Notes under the pieces: generated by a model | Told to the model about the DNA's origin: nothing | Databases searched by the model: none | The model's input: the letters and a program-made list of their open reading frames with translations, nothing else | Assembly: GCA_963514005.1 (NCBI GenBank) | Contig: OY740802.1 | Location: 12,090,001 to 12,154,000, forward strand | Length of the DNA stretch: 64,000 nt | Source of the DNA: Raja brachyura | Taxonomy: Eukaryota | Reading direction: 5' to 3' | Part shown: positions 35,201 through 48,134 of the stretch, piece after piece | How positions within the stretch are numbered: position 1 is the first letter of the stretch | How the letters are laid out: every line of letters begins with the position of its first letter | Translations under genes and position numbers: made by a program

Positions 35201-37037
35201 CAGGGATCATTATGGATCTTGATCTCAGTGTCGTTCCATCTATGCAGGTGAGACTAATATAGATGGGACCTGTTGGTCAGTGTGGGCAAGTTGGGCTGAA
35301 GGGCCTGTTTCAATGTTGTATGAGTCTGTTCACAGCTTTTGAGACAGATGAAAGGGCCATTACACCTCCATAAGTGTGAAGAAGGGTTCCAACTAGAAAC
35401 GTCACCCATCCATGCTCCCCAGAAATGCTGCCTGACCCGCTGAGTTACTCCAGCCCTTTCGTGTCTTTTTTTGTAAACCAGCATCTGCAGTTCCTTGTTT
35501 CTCTGTTAGGTAGGTGGCTTTGTTCGTACAACACCTGTGATTTGCAGTTCCCAGCTGCAGATACGTGGTTGTGGAATTGGGAGAGGTGGTGGGGATGTTG
35601 TAGAAAGCGGCGAATGATGGGTGGAAGTGGAGGACGAGGCAGGGTGAAACATGGCCAGAGCACCTATAGTGTTGTTGGGGAAGGTCGAAGGCCATTCCTG
35701 CTCATCCTTGCTCCACATTTAGATAAGGAAAATAATTATTTATATTCACAGTTGAGGTTGGGGGAGGGCGGGGGGGGGGGGGGGGTGCAGAGAATGAATA
35801 GGGACTCAGTTGGGGGGGGGGGGGGTCCACCAAGAACAAGGACGGACCTAGCAGTTAAGGTTGGGCACCATGAACAAAAGAAGGTCCATCGGGACTCGAC
35901 TGAGTGCATTGTAACATTGTCGGCGCCAGATACGATACATGGCGACTCTTTGCATAAATTGTGTACTGTATACAACAACAAAGAATGTCACTACGCATAG
36001 GCACATCTGAGGGTCTCGACCCAAAACGTCGCCTATTACCTTCGCTCCATAGACGCTGCCTCACCCGCCGAGTTTCTCCAGCATTTTTGTCTACCTCTGA
36101 CACTAAAGTATCATTGGACATTGGACATTGATCAGTGAACATTGAACCCATGCAGGATAGACTGATGATGATATGGCATCAATTTGTAAAGCTGATTTGA
36201 CAGCGGGTTACCTGTTAGTAATTCCACGCTCCGGGTAATGCCCTTGATTAAATATACACAGCCAAACACGTAGTCAGTGCCAATTCTGTTTGAAGAGGTC
36301 ATCCAAGAATTAGAGGCAATGACTGGATATTTTATGACTGCTGTTGTGATAGCACATATCTACTGAGGGTGTATTTAGTCTACAGGGAGTGGTGTGGTAA
36401 CTACTGACGTACATTTTGCTGACTCTGCGTATTACAAAAGCATCAATTCCAGACATGGGAGGACAGGAAGCCTGGAAGAATAAGAAGGGAGTACATTAAG
36501 CAGGCTAAGCTGCCAGAGACAGGAGATGGAGGAGGAGGAGGAGAACTTATCAATGGACCGCATCCAACCAGGGTGTTTTCATGGTGCAATTGCCCAACCT
36601 AATACGGAGAAGATGCTTGCAAACGTGCCTCTTCATGGGTCAGCCTCCCAGTCACCATTGACTGATTTATTGAACCATATGAAATAATTCGATTGATACC
36701 TAAGACCGTAATGCTATAGGACGTGCAACCAGAGTTAGGCCCGTTAAATTTGCTCTGCCATTCGATCATGGCCGATCTATTTTCCCCTCTCAACCCCATT
36801 CTCCCACCTTTCCCCCCTTGATGACCTTAGTCATTAAGAACCTGTCAATCTCTGCTTTAAAAATACCCAATGACTTGACCTCCACCGCGCCTGTGACAAT
36901 GAATTTTACAGATTCACCACCCGCTGGCTAATGAAATTTCTCCTCCATTCTAAAATACACAAAGAAAAGGTCCTTTTCCATCCTGTTCCCTCTATACCAG
37001 ATCATCATCTTATAATAAAGGTCTATAAAAAAACTAA

Positions 37038-37816
37038 GAGCGGCACAGTGGCGTGGCCATAGTGTTGCTGCCTTAAGGGCCTGTCCTACAAGCGTGCAAC
37101 TCTATGCGATGAACGCGATCAAACTAGAAGCGGGGGCTGCGCGGAGGTCGGGTGAGTGGCGCAACGCGGCGCAAAGTGAGGCGAACTTGGAGGGAAGTCT
37201 AAGGTAAGTTCGCCAGGACAGAGAGGGGCACACAGAGAGGGCCACTGAGCCACACACATAGAGGGTCGCAGAGGCACCTACAGATAGGTTCACGGCGGCA
37301 CGATGTCGGGGCGGTGTGTAATGCGTCGAGGCGACTGCGAGCTGACAAGCCGTTGCCGCGCGGAATTTTTGGACGTAGTCAGTTTTTCGGAGCCCCGATG
37401 TCGGGACGAACTCGGGACGAACTCCGCACAATTCCGCACGGCTCCGGCGATCGAAGTGGGACCGGCCCCGCGACGCTGGACGGCTCAAGCGACCACGTTA
37501 GGTCGCGCTAATCGCATAGAGTTGCATGCTTGTAGGACAGGCCCTTTACTGCACCAGAGACCTGGGTTCGATCCTGACTACGGGTGCTGTCTGGGTGGAA
37601 TTTGTACGTTCTCTCCATGATCGCATGGGTTTTCTTTGGTGCTCCGGTTTCCTCCCACACTCCAAATACATACAGGTTTGTAGGTTAATTTGGCTTTGGT
37701 AAAAATTATAAATTGTCCCTAGTGTTTGTAGGATAGTGCTAGTGCATGGAGAAAGCTGGTCATCGCAGACACGATGGGCTGAAGGGCCTGGTTCCATGCT
37801 GTATCTCGAAACTCTA
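37038..37816 (+). mobile_element. tRNA-derived SINE split by a MITE
   Basis: Head at 37038-37075, remainder at 37549-37816. Confidence 0.85.
37076..37545. mobile_element. PIF/Harbinger-type (Tourist-like) MITE, 470 bp, TTA TSD
   Basis: TIRs AGGGCCTGTCCTACAAGCGTGCAACTCTATGCGAT / ATCGCATAGAGTTGCATGCTTGTAGGACAGGCCCT; TTA duplicated at 37073-37075 and 37546-37548. Confidence 0.88.
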
Positions 37817-38285
37817 ATGAATTTCACAGATTCACCACCATCTGGCTAAAGAAATTCCTCTTCATCTCCATTCTAAACCACACAAAAAAAAGCCCTTTCC
37901 CATCCAGTTCCCTCTGTATAATATCACTGTCTTATAATAAAGGTACTGAGGAATGACTTAACCTTATGACTTAAGGTTACTCTGACAGGACCTTCCAAGC
38001 CAGCAATCAATTCAGATCCATTCCCAACAGCTTTGCATGATTTCAATCTAAGCACTGGGTGAAATTATCCCTTACACGAGGAGACTGAATGGAAAATCAT
38101 TGCCTGATTGCAATTATTTTCCTCAAAAAATATTAACTGAACAACTGTTTTAATGTATGTATGGAACCAAATCCTCACTTTCTCTTTCATTTAGCATTTG
38201 GTATACAGATCTTTCACGATCACCATCCTGTCACTTGGAACAACGAGATCTACAGCTTAATGTGAGAAGAATGTGAAGGACAGCA

Positions 38286-38566
38286 AGTTGGCACAGTGGC
38301 AGAGTTGCTGCCCGACAGACCCGGGTTCGATCTTGACTGAGGGTACTGTCTGTACGGAGTTTGCACTTTCTCCCCGTGACCCTCGTGTGGGTTTTCTCCG
38401 GGAGCTCCAGTTTGCTCGCACACTCCAAAGACGTACAGGTTTGCAGGTTAATTAGCTTTGGTAAAATTGTAAATTATCTCTAGTGTTTAGGATACTGTTA
38501 GTGTAAGGGTCGGCGCGGTCTCAGTGGATTAATGAGCCTGTGTCCGTGCTGTATGTCTAAACTAAA
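38286..38566 (+). mobile_element. tRNA-derived SINE
   Basis: B box GGTTCGATC, central domain, tail. Confidence 0.85.
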
Positions 38567-38985
38567 AAAAGGGGACAAAAGAAGTGTTTTATACCACCAA
38601 AACATTTGAGGGTAATGTCATGCTAAGTTTTGTAATTGGTTGATCTTTCGTTGTGTCTGATTGTATTTGTATAATTGTAGAAGACAAATATTAATCATAT
38701 TGTGTATCTATCATGATGAGGAGTATATTGTACTCAAATCGGTGTGGCATCTACCAGCTGTTCGTATTTCATTTGTATTGAATATCACATCAATTTTCAC
38801 TTTTGTATCAAGAGTTGTAAATGATGCTCAGAGCTGTACAAGCGTATCGCTCTTAATAATTCTGTGTATCATCAAGATGATGATAGTGATGAGGAGACGT
38901 TTATTTATTAATGTACATGTTTGTTGACCAGCCTGCCCCCGTTGTGTATGGTCCATTTATAACACCAAGCATCTCTTTGAGTTGT

Positions 38986-39160
38986 AGATAGACACAAAAT
39001 GCTGGAGTAACTCAGTGGGACAGGCAGCATCTCTGGAGAGAAGGAATGGGTGACATCACTCATTCCGTTTCTCCAGAGATGCTGCCTGTCCCGCTGAATT
39101 ACTCCAGCATTTTGTGTCCATCTTTGGTTTAAACCAGCATCTGCAGTTCCTTCCTACACA
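38986..39160. mobile_element. Fold-back pLTR mini-element
   Basis: About 65-bp inverted arms meeting at GTGACATCAC; ends CCAGCATCTGCAGTTCCTTCCTACACA. Confidence 0.8.
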
Positions 39161-40250
39161 TTAATCCAGCAGTCTACTGTCTTTGGAAAGTAAACCGGAG
39201 TACACACACGGTTACAGGGAGAACATGAAAACACAGCATGGACAGTACACTGGGTCAGGATCGTGGGGATGTGGGATAATAACTCAACTCAGCCAGCTGC
39301 GCCACTCTGCCACTTACTTTTGGGTTTTGAAGATCTTGGTGAAACCTATGCAGGTCACGGGGAGAACATACAAACTCCATATAGACAAGCACCCGTAGTC
39401 AGGATCGAACCAGGGTCTCTGGCGCTGTAAGGCAGTGGCTCTACAGCTGTGCCACCGTGCCGCCCCTATTCTACACCATTGTTCATTCCAGTTGGTGTAT
39501 TGGCCCCAGGCACTCCCTAACGTGAATTGTTATCTCTCCGGAGATGTGGGAATTTCTCACTGAATCCATTCTATCCTAATTTTGTTCCTTCCCAGGTCGA
39601 CGATCGAGGTGCTGCAAATGTGTAACAATCAAAATCCTGCAGCTCTAACACAGTAATAGTGTTTGACACCAAGCCTGAAGTGAAGGGGGAAAAGGACTAT
39701 GATAAGAAATTCAGAAGAGAGGTAAAAACATGGAGGAAGGAAGGCAAAGAGAGAGCATGAGGAAAAACTGGTAACAAAGGGAAAGGAATCTAAAAATACT
39801 CATCATAAACATTGAAGAGCAGGGACTAAACGGTGCTCTAGCTCCATGGACTTAACAGGAAACAGAGATGAGTAGTGACTTGCTGTTTTTTGGATTTGAG
39901 CAAAGTGTAAATTGGACTTTCCCAGTAATCAGTACTTGCGCATGGAGATATGTGGCAGATTGCATAGTTTCTTGAAAGTATCAGAGGAAGTCGAGAAATT
40001 GGTTAAATAAGTATACAGAATCCAGTGCGAAGAAGGGTTCTGACCCAAGGCATAATTCGCCCATTTCCTCCACAGATGCTGTCTGACCCGCTGAGTTCCT
40101 CCAGCACTTTGTGTTTTGTTCAAGGTTTCACCATCTTCAGTTTCGTGCGTCTAGGTCTTCACAAATAGAAGCAGAGGGCAGGGAGGTCACAACAAACCTG
40201 GACAGAAGCTTTTAAGAAAATTAGGACCGTTTTGAAGAGGGTGCAAAAGA

Positions 40251-40747
40251 CAATAGACAATAGAAGTCTGATGAAGAGTTTCGGCCTGAAACGTTGCCTA
40301 TTTCCTTCGCTCCATAGATGCTGCCTCACCCGCTGAGGTTATCCAGCACTTTTGTCTACCAATAGACAATAGGTGCAGGAGTAGCACCGCCATTCAATGT
40401 GATCATGGCTGATCATCCCCAATCAGTACCCCGTTCCTGCCTTCTCCCCATATCCCTGATTCCGCTATCTTTAAGATCTCTCTAGCTCTCTCTTGAAAGT
40501 ATCCAGAGAACCTGCCTCTACCGCCCTCTGAGGCAGAGAATTCCACAGACTCATAACTCTCTGTGAGAAAAAGTGTTTCCTCGTCTCCTTTCTAAACGGC
40601 TTACCCCTTATTCGTAAACTGTGGCCCCTGGTTCTGGACTCCCCCAACATCAGGAGCATGTTTCCTGCCCCTAGCGTGTGCAAACCCTTAATAATCTTAT
40701 ATGTTTCAATAAGATCCCCTCTCGTCCTTCTAAACTCCAGAGTATAA
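40251..40747 (-). mobile_element. CR1 3' fragment with a pLTR unit (40264-40359) inserted in its tail repeat
   Basis: ORF 40471-40755 is a CR1 C-terminus; CAATAGACAATAG lies on both sides of the pLTR unit. Confidence 0.85.
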
Positions 40748-41309
40748 ATTTCCAAAAGAAATTTACCAAAATAATTTCAGAAATGAAGGGCTTTTGATAT
40801 GTGGATTGAATTGAGAGGTTTGTTGGTCCTCAAGAGTCAGAGGATTTTGCAAAGGGATCTAATGACACTATTTAAAATCACTTTGGTATTTGGATAGAGC
40901 TCTTAAAGGGAAGCCATCCTTAGAGGTCTCAAGAATGAAGGGCAAAACATGAAGTTAAAGGAACCAAAAATGATATCAGGAGATAAAAAAGCACACACCA
41001 AGTAGTTAGGATCTAGAACTCACAGTCTGGAATCATCGTGGGACCGGATCCAATTCTGGTCCTCAGATGTGAATTGGAATATTATTGGAAAAGAAGGAAT
41101 TTTCAGGGTTATTGGAAAAGGATGGGAGTGTGGAATTAGCTTTATTTCTCCAGCATTGACCCAGGAGGAGGAGATTAGCATTTTGCGACTATACTGTGCG
41201 ATTCTATATAGCACTGTTTAAGAGGGGAGAAAGGCAGAGGGTGAAGGTGCATGAAGAGGGATTTATGGAATTATGCTTCTGGAATTGGAGGAACAGCCAC
41301 GAATGAGTG

Positions 41310-41520
41310 ATGCAAAAAGCTGGAGTAACTCAGCGGGTCAGGCAGCATCTCTGGAGAAAAGGAATAGGTGATGTTTGGGTTGTGACCCTCCTTCAGATCC
41401 GACCCGAAATGCCACCTATTCCTTTTCTCCAGATATGTTGACTGACCCGCTGAGTTAGTCCAACTTTTTTTTTTGTCTATCTTCGGTTTAAACCAGCATC
41501 TGCAGTTCCTTCCTACACAT
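41310..41520. mobile_element. Fold-back pLTR mini-element
   Basis: Inverted pLTR arms joined at CTTCAGATCCGACCCGAAA. Confidence 0.8.
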
Positions 41521-42964
41521 TTTGTCAGCCGCCAAGGATTAGTTGAAGAAAGTCAAAGTGTGCCCTGGGCTGAAATGGAAGGGTGCATAACGTTGAAGTG
41601 ATGCTAACTTGGATAAAGGATGGGACAGAGATTTGGAGGAGTGTTGCTGTGGAATGATTTGAAAACATAGACAACAATTTTAAAATAGCTCAACCATACG
41701 TGTATCCAACATAACATAGGGAGATGTGTGAACAGACTCATTGTGAACTCCAACACAAATATTGGAAGACACCTTGTTTAAAGCAGGTGTAACATGAAAG
41801 ACTGGCCAATACCATTTTGCACTAGTTAAGCATAGAGGCGATAAAGGCACAGATGAGAGTTTCATAGAATTCCAGTTGAGGCATGGCCAGAGATGAGAAA
41901 TATCACAGGAATGAAAGCAGGATTTGTAGAGGCTATGGGATTGGAATAAAGACAGGAAATGCTGGAGATTCTCAGTTATTGAGGCAGCATCTGTGGAGAC
42001 AGAAACAGAGTCAACGCTTCAGTTTAATGATCTTTCATCAGAAATGGAAAGGCGAGGGATGAGAGAGTGCAGGGAAGAAGGGGAATGGTGGGGAGAATAC
42101 ATGGGATGGGTGACAAGACGTAGACAGGACAGATTGTCTGATTGACAATACAGCTCACCCCCTCCATGACACACTGGTCAACCTGAGGAGCACCTTCAGC
42201 CACAGACTGGTTGCACCGCACCTCCTCCCCCTTCTGTCATGGGGTAGATTGACTCCACTCCCCCCACACCCACCCCATCCCCAATCTTTGCACATCTCCA
42301 ATCCTGGACTTTCCACTCGTCACTTTAATTTCATGTTTCATTTATCCTGATGTGTTTGATGACTGTTGGCAGACAAATTTCCCGCCTGGGATAAATAAAG
42401 TTCTATCGTATCGTGTCGTATTGGGGTGCCACTTTGGAGCTGCCAGTCCCCCCGTGACAGTTCCGCACGCTCTCCGAAACCCCAAACATGCGTGGGCTGG
42501 CGGGGTTACTGTAAGGTTATTGGTGGCGGTAAATAGCCTCAGCTATGTATGTGGCAGGTAGACGTTGGAGGGGATTAATGAGAAGTTAGCAGTAGAGATG
42601 ATGAGACTTTTACATTCTGTGTGAGAGCAGGAACACATCATCAATGGACTGGCCAAAGAGGTGACGGAGGGGGCTCGAGTATCAAATGAGATTTGGGATG
42701 TTTCACATGCCCTCTCTTTGCAGGCAAGGCTGTGATTGACTTGAACTTCTTCCAGTCTGGTGTGATTCGTCACATTACGTGGCCTGCGCAGGAAGGAACT
42801 GCAGATACTGGTTTGAACCGAAGATAGACACAAAAGGCTGGAGCAACTCAACAGGACAGGCAGCATCTCTGGAGAGAAGGATAGGCTGAGCATTTTTGTG
42901 TCTATCTTGGGTAAAAGCTTTGCAGGACGGTCTCATTCATTCACTCCTCAGGGCAACACTGAGC

Positions 42965-43112
42965 TTTCAATTGCCTGTCACTTTAATTCTCCATCCCACT
43001 CCCACTCCGAGCTCCCTGTCTTTGGCCTCCGACAAAGCCCAATGTAAGCTGGAAGAACAATACCTCATCTTCCAACCAGGTACATTACAGTCTTCCAGAC
43101 TCAACAATGAAT
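42965..43112 (+). mobile_element. Penelope GIY-YIG C-terminal fragment
   Basis: AQCKLEEQYLIFQPGTLQSSRLN resembles the end of the element at 23480-23600. Confidence 0.6.
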
Positions 43113-43630
43113 ACTGAGTGTCAATCGGGCAACATGATACACCAGCGGCACTGCAAGGGATTAAAAGCAATGGCAATGAAATAGATTTGGGTGTCAACAG
43201 CATAAATGCGAAAACTGACATGTTTCTGTGTAGCTCTCAATTTGGGCAAAATACTCCAAAAACAAGAGAGGATCAAGTTTCTCATATAAAATAGTTATGG
43301 TTACATTAGATACACCGGTCAAAAAAACCCTCAATATTCCAAATGAGAGTTTAAAAATACAGATGTTTGAAATCTGAAATTAAAATAAGTCCTGGTTTTT
43401 GACAGGCCAGGCAGCAACTGTGGAAACAGAAATATAAATGGAATTACCAGTCGAAATGATGAAAGGTCTTCGACGTGAAATAGAACATAGAACACAGAGC
43501 ATAGAGCATAGAACATAGAACAGTACAGCACAAGAGCAGGCCCTTTGGCCCATCATGTCTGTGCCGAATATGATGCCAAGACCATCTCTTATCTACACGC
43601 ACATAATCCATATCTGCAGTAGTTAAGTCG

Positions 43631-45766
43631 TCGAGTCAAGAGAGTTTTATTGTCGTGTGTCCCAGATAGGACAATGAAATACTTGCTTTCTGCAGCACAA
43701 CAGAATATGTAAACATAATACAGAACAGTTCTATATACCATAGACAATGTATATACACAATAAATAAACAGGTAAAGTGCAATAGGCTGTTATTGTTCAG
43801 AGTTTGTTTGATGTCGTGTTTAATAGCCTGATGGCTGTGGGGAAGAAGCTGTTCCTGAACCTGGATGTTCCAGATTTCAAGCCCCTGTACCTTCTTCCCG
43901 ATGGCAACAGAGTGATGAGTGTGTGGCCAGGATGATGTGGGTCTTTGATGATCTTGGCAGCCTTTTTGAGGCAGAGACTGCGGTAGATCCCTTCGATGGT
44001 GGGGAGGTCAGAGCCGATGATGGACGGGGCAGTGGTCACAACTTTCTGCATTCTTTCCGGCTCCGGGACGTTCAAGTTGCCGAACCAGGCCACAATGCAA
44101 CCGGTCAGCATGCTCTCTACTGTGCACCTGTAGAAATTCAAGAGAGTTCCTCCTTGACATACCGACTCTCCGTAATCTTCTCAGGAAGTAGAGGCGCTGA
44201 TGTGCCTTCTTTATAATTGCATCAGTGTGCTGGGACCAGAAAAGATCTTCAGAAATATGCACGCCCAGGGATTTGAAGTTCTTGACTCTTTCCACCATCG
44301 TCCCGTTGATATAAACGGGATTGTGGGTCCCTATCATACCCCTTCCAAAATCCACAATAATTTCCTTGGTTTTGCTGGTGTTGAGAGCCAGGTTATTGTG
44401 CTGGCGCCATTGGGTCAATCGTTGATCTCACTTCTATACTCTGACTCATCATCATCAATGATTCGTCCCACAACAGTGGTGTCATCGGCGAATTTGATGA
44501 TGGAGTTCGCACTATGTCCGGCTATGCAGTCATGAGTATAGAGTGAGTACAGCAGAGGGCTGAGCACGCAGCCTTGAGGTGCTCCTGTACTGATTGTTAT
44601 CGAGGATGACACATTTCCGCCAATACGGACAGACTACGTTCTGTGGATGAGGAAGTCGAGGATCCAATTGCAGCGGGATGCGCAGAGACCCAGTTCTGAG
44701 AGCTTAGTAACCAGCTTGGATTGTATTAAATGCCGAGCTGTAGTCTATGAGGGTTACACAAAAAACTGGAGAAACTCAGCGGGTGCAGCAGCATCTAAGG
44801 AGCGAAGGAGATAGGCGACGTTTCGGGTCGAGACCCTTCTTTAGTCTCGACCCGAAACGTCGCCTATCTCCTTCGCTCCTTAGATGCTGCTGCACCCGCT
44901 GAGTTTCTCCAGCTTTTTGTGTAACCCTCGATTCTCCAGCATCTGCAGTTCCTTCTTTAACACTGTAGTCTATGAATAACACCCTGACATATGATTTTTT
45001 GTTGTCCAAGTGGTCCAGAGCGGAGTGGAGAGCCAGTGAGATCGCATCCACCGTTGACCTGTTGTGGCGGTAAGCGAACTGCAGTGGGTCAAGGTTCTTG
45101 TCGAGGTAGGAGTTGATATGTGCCATAATCAACCTCTCAAAGCACTTCATCACCACAGACGTTAGTGCCACTGGTCTATAGTCATTGAGGCACGTCACCT
45201 TGCTCTTATTGATGCCCTTTTAATGCAGGTGGGAACCTCATACCTCAGAAGTGAGAGGTTGAAAATGTCCGTCAAAGCTCCAGCCAGTTGGTCCACACAG
45301 GTTTTTCGAACACGTCCGGGTATACCATCAGGTCCAGGTGCTTTCTGAGGGTTCCTCTGTGACTGTGACTGAAATACCATCATGGCAAATGGGAGCTCGG
45401 GAAGGCACATCAGTGTTCTCCCAATCAAAACATGCGTAAAACGCATTGAGCTCATCAGGGAGTGATGCTTCGTTGACACTTGAGCTGCCTCCTGATTTCG
45501 CCGTGTTGGAGGTGATGGCATTCAAGTTGCTGAACATCCGTCTCATCCTCCAGCTTGGAGCAGAAGTCCCTTTTGGCCTTTTTGATGGCCTTACCAAGGT
45601 CGTATCTGGACTTCTTGTAGACCTCTGTATCTCCAGACCTGAATGCCCGGGATCTGGTCTTCAGAAGAATGCGGATCTCATGGTTCATCCAAGGCTTCTG
45701 GTTAGGAAACACTCGGAAGGTTTTTGTTGGGATGCAGTCCTCCACACATTTCTTTATGAAGTCTGT
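43631..45766 (-). mobile_element. 5'-truncated, frameshifted Rex1/Babar LINE
   Basis: [91 protein letters not shown]; 3' hairpin plus AATAAA. Confidence 0.93.
44751..44962. mobile_element. Fold-back pLTR mini-element (212 bp) inside Rex1, 13-bp TSD
   Basis: 84-bp arms (44751-44834 / 44844-44927) with one mismatch; exact TSD CTGTAGTCTATGA at 44738-44750 and 44963-44975. Confidence 0.92.
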
Positions 45767-46859
45767 GGAGGGCAAGAGGGCAAATGAGAGTGAAAAAAGC
45801 ACTCAGTGTACTGGAGTATCTCAGCGGGTCAGGCTGCACCCTGAAGACTGTACATAGGTGACGTTTCGGGTCGGGACCCTTCTACAGTCTGAAGAAGAGA
45901 TTTTGTTATCCATATTTTCCAGGGATGCTGGCTAATCCACTGTGCTGTTTTTTTGTAAACCAGCGTCTGCAGTTCCTTGTTTCTACAAATTGCATTGTGA
46001 TCTTTATTGTAAAGAGGTTGGTGTTTAGAAATAGGAAAGTTTTGTTAAAATTATATAGATGGTGAGTGAGGCCACATCAGTGCTTTGTGAACAGTTCTGG
46101 ACATCTTACCCAGGAAACAATACAGTGATATTGGAGGTGTTCCAAAGAAGATTCACCAGTCTAGTTTGTGGAACGAGAGAGATGTCCTAACAAGGGAGAC
46201 TAAACAGATTAGGTCAGTGTCCCTTAGAGCTTAGAAGAATGAGGGATGATCTCACTTAACCATATGAAATCCAAAGGAGGAATGGCATGAATGATGTTGA
46301 GTCATTTTCATTAGTTGGAAAACCGCAAATGAAGAGACGTAACTTCAAGATAAGGGACTAGCTGTTTAAAATGTAGAAATGTCTCCTCACAGAGAGTGGT
46401 GAGTCTCGGAATACTCAATGATTCAATGATATTTTATTGTCTGGTGTACCTAGGTACAGTGAAATTCTATGTTTTTTCATACAATCCGGTAAAACAGACT
46501 TCACCTCGTCAAGGTGACGTGCCTCAATGACTATCGATCAGTGGCACTAACGTCTGTGGTGATGAAGTGCTTTGAGAGGTTGATTATGGCACAAATCAAC
46601 TCCTACCTCGACAAAAAGCTGCCATGTTCCTGTGCCGACAAAGTTACAAAAGTTTCAAAAATTGATACTCTACCCCAGGGAGTTATGGACGTCAACTCAT
46701 TCAAAGTATTTAAGGTGGGGGCAGATACATATTTGAAAAATCAGGGGATTGAGGGTTATAGGGAACTGGTCCAGAGTAGTTGTTGCGGGTTTGAGGTAGA
46801 CTGGCCATGAACATATTAATTGGAAGGGCAGGCTTGAAGGCCTGTTTGGCCTTCTGTTT

Positions 46860-47178
46860 GAATCACTTCCCTCTGGACGGCGACTCCGGACTGTCAAAGC
46901 TGCCACAGCCAAACATAAAAACTGTTTTTGTCCACGAGTAGTTGCTCTACTCAACAGCCAAAAATCTGTAGCCTTCCTTTGATCTGGTATTTTGTTGGTT
47001 CACATGCTTGATCAATGGTGTTTTATCATTAATGTTTTATTATTATTAATGTTTAGTGTTTTCTGAGTCATTCATAACTGTCACTGTATGTCATATTGTT
47101 ACTTGTGGGCGGAGCACCAAGGCAAATTCCTTGTATGTGAATACTTGGCCAATAAACTTACTTACTTACTTACTTACT
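46860..47178 (+). mobile_element. Rex1/Babar-related 3' end
   Basis: ESLPSGRRLRTVKAATAKHKNCFCPRVVALLN; AATAAA plus (CTTA)n tail. Confidence 0.75.
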
Positions 47179-48134
47179 CTTACTCCTATTTTCACATGTT
47201 ATTGTATGTTGCATGCTTTTGGTTACTATTCCATATGTCAACCGACACAACACATTAGGAGAATATATATCACCTGCTCTATATCCTTGGGCACCGCCGA
47301 GGTTTACAATGGGGGCCCAGTGATCATTGGTCGCTTTTACAGTGGTTGCACAGCAAGCCTTTTATAGTCTGCTACAAGTTGCAATCCACTACATTAAATC
47401 AGCTAAGATAATATAAATTCTCTCACTAACTTCACTGACAAGAGATTACAATATTTATATTATGACATCATGGGATAGCTTTACAATATCAGTAGACGTT
47501 AGGTGAGTATCATTCCAATGGAATTAGCAAGTCCGAAGCATTGAACCTGCCCTTCCAGGAACCCCACTGACTAGGGTAAAGTGAGCAAATTTGGCAACAC
47601 CTCCAGGGAACCTAACTGAATGTTTAGAAGTGGAAAAAACCGATTAGGTCTTTCTATGCTTGACAATGGTGGCTGGACTTGAATGGATCCTATCTCTATT
47701 ACCAGCTTTCGAATACTAGTGGGTACATCAGGCAAGGATTGGAGCAGTAATGAAGGCACTGCAATTTTCTCAGCATTATTATTGATTAGTACAGGTGCCA
47801 AAGGTTATGGGGAGAAGGCAGGGGAATGGGGTTAGGAGGGAGAGTTAGATCAGTTATGATTGAATGGTGGAGTAGACTTAATGGGCCAAATGGCCCAATT
47901 ATACTATTCCTTATGTCCTTATGACTATGCCGATAAAGTTAGATGGGGTGAGAGGGACGCGCTGTGTTCAAATACGTACTCCAATATGAACTACATAAGC
48001 AACAGGATTGCTGGTTTATTGTGGATAGTTTTATGTACTGTCAATTGCCCAACATATGAAAACAGTGAGGATATGACCTGGTCTGATGGTAAACTATCCC
48101 ATCCAAAATTATTTTATTTTCTTACACAATAATA

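Noticed and set aside
35425-36000. 191-aa ORF
   Set aside because: It runs through pLTR, poly-G and repeat fragments; a chance open frame.
37102-37620. GC-rich ORFs and apparent CpG-island promoter
   Set aside because: Contained in a MITE with TIRs and a TSD; no transposase motifs.
38640-38930. Loose internal repeat (TAAT..TGTGTATC..GATGAGGAG)
   Set aside because: Too degenerate to assign; no termini or further copies seen.
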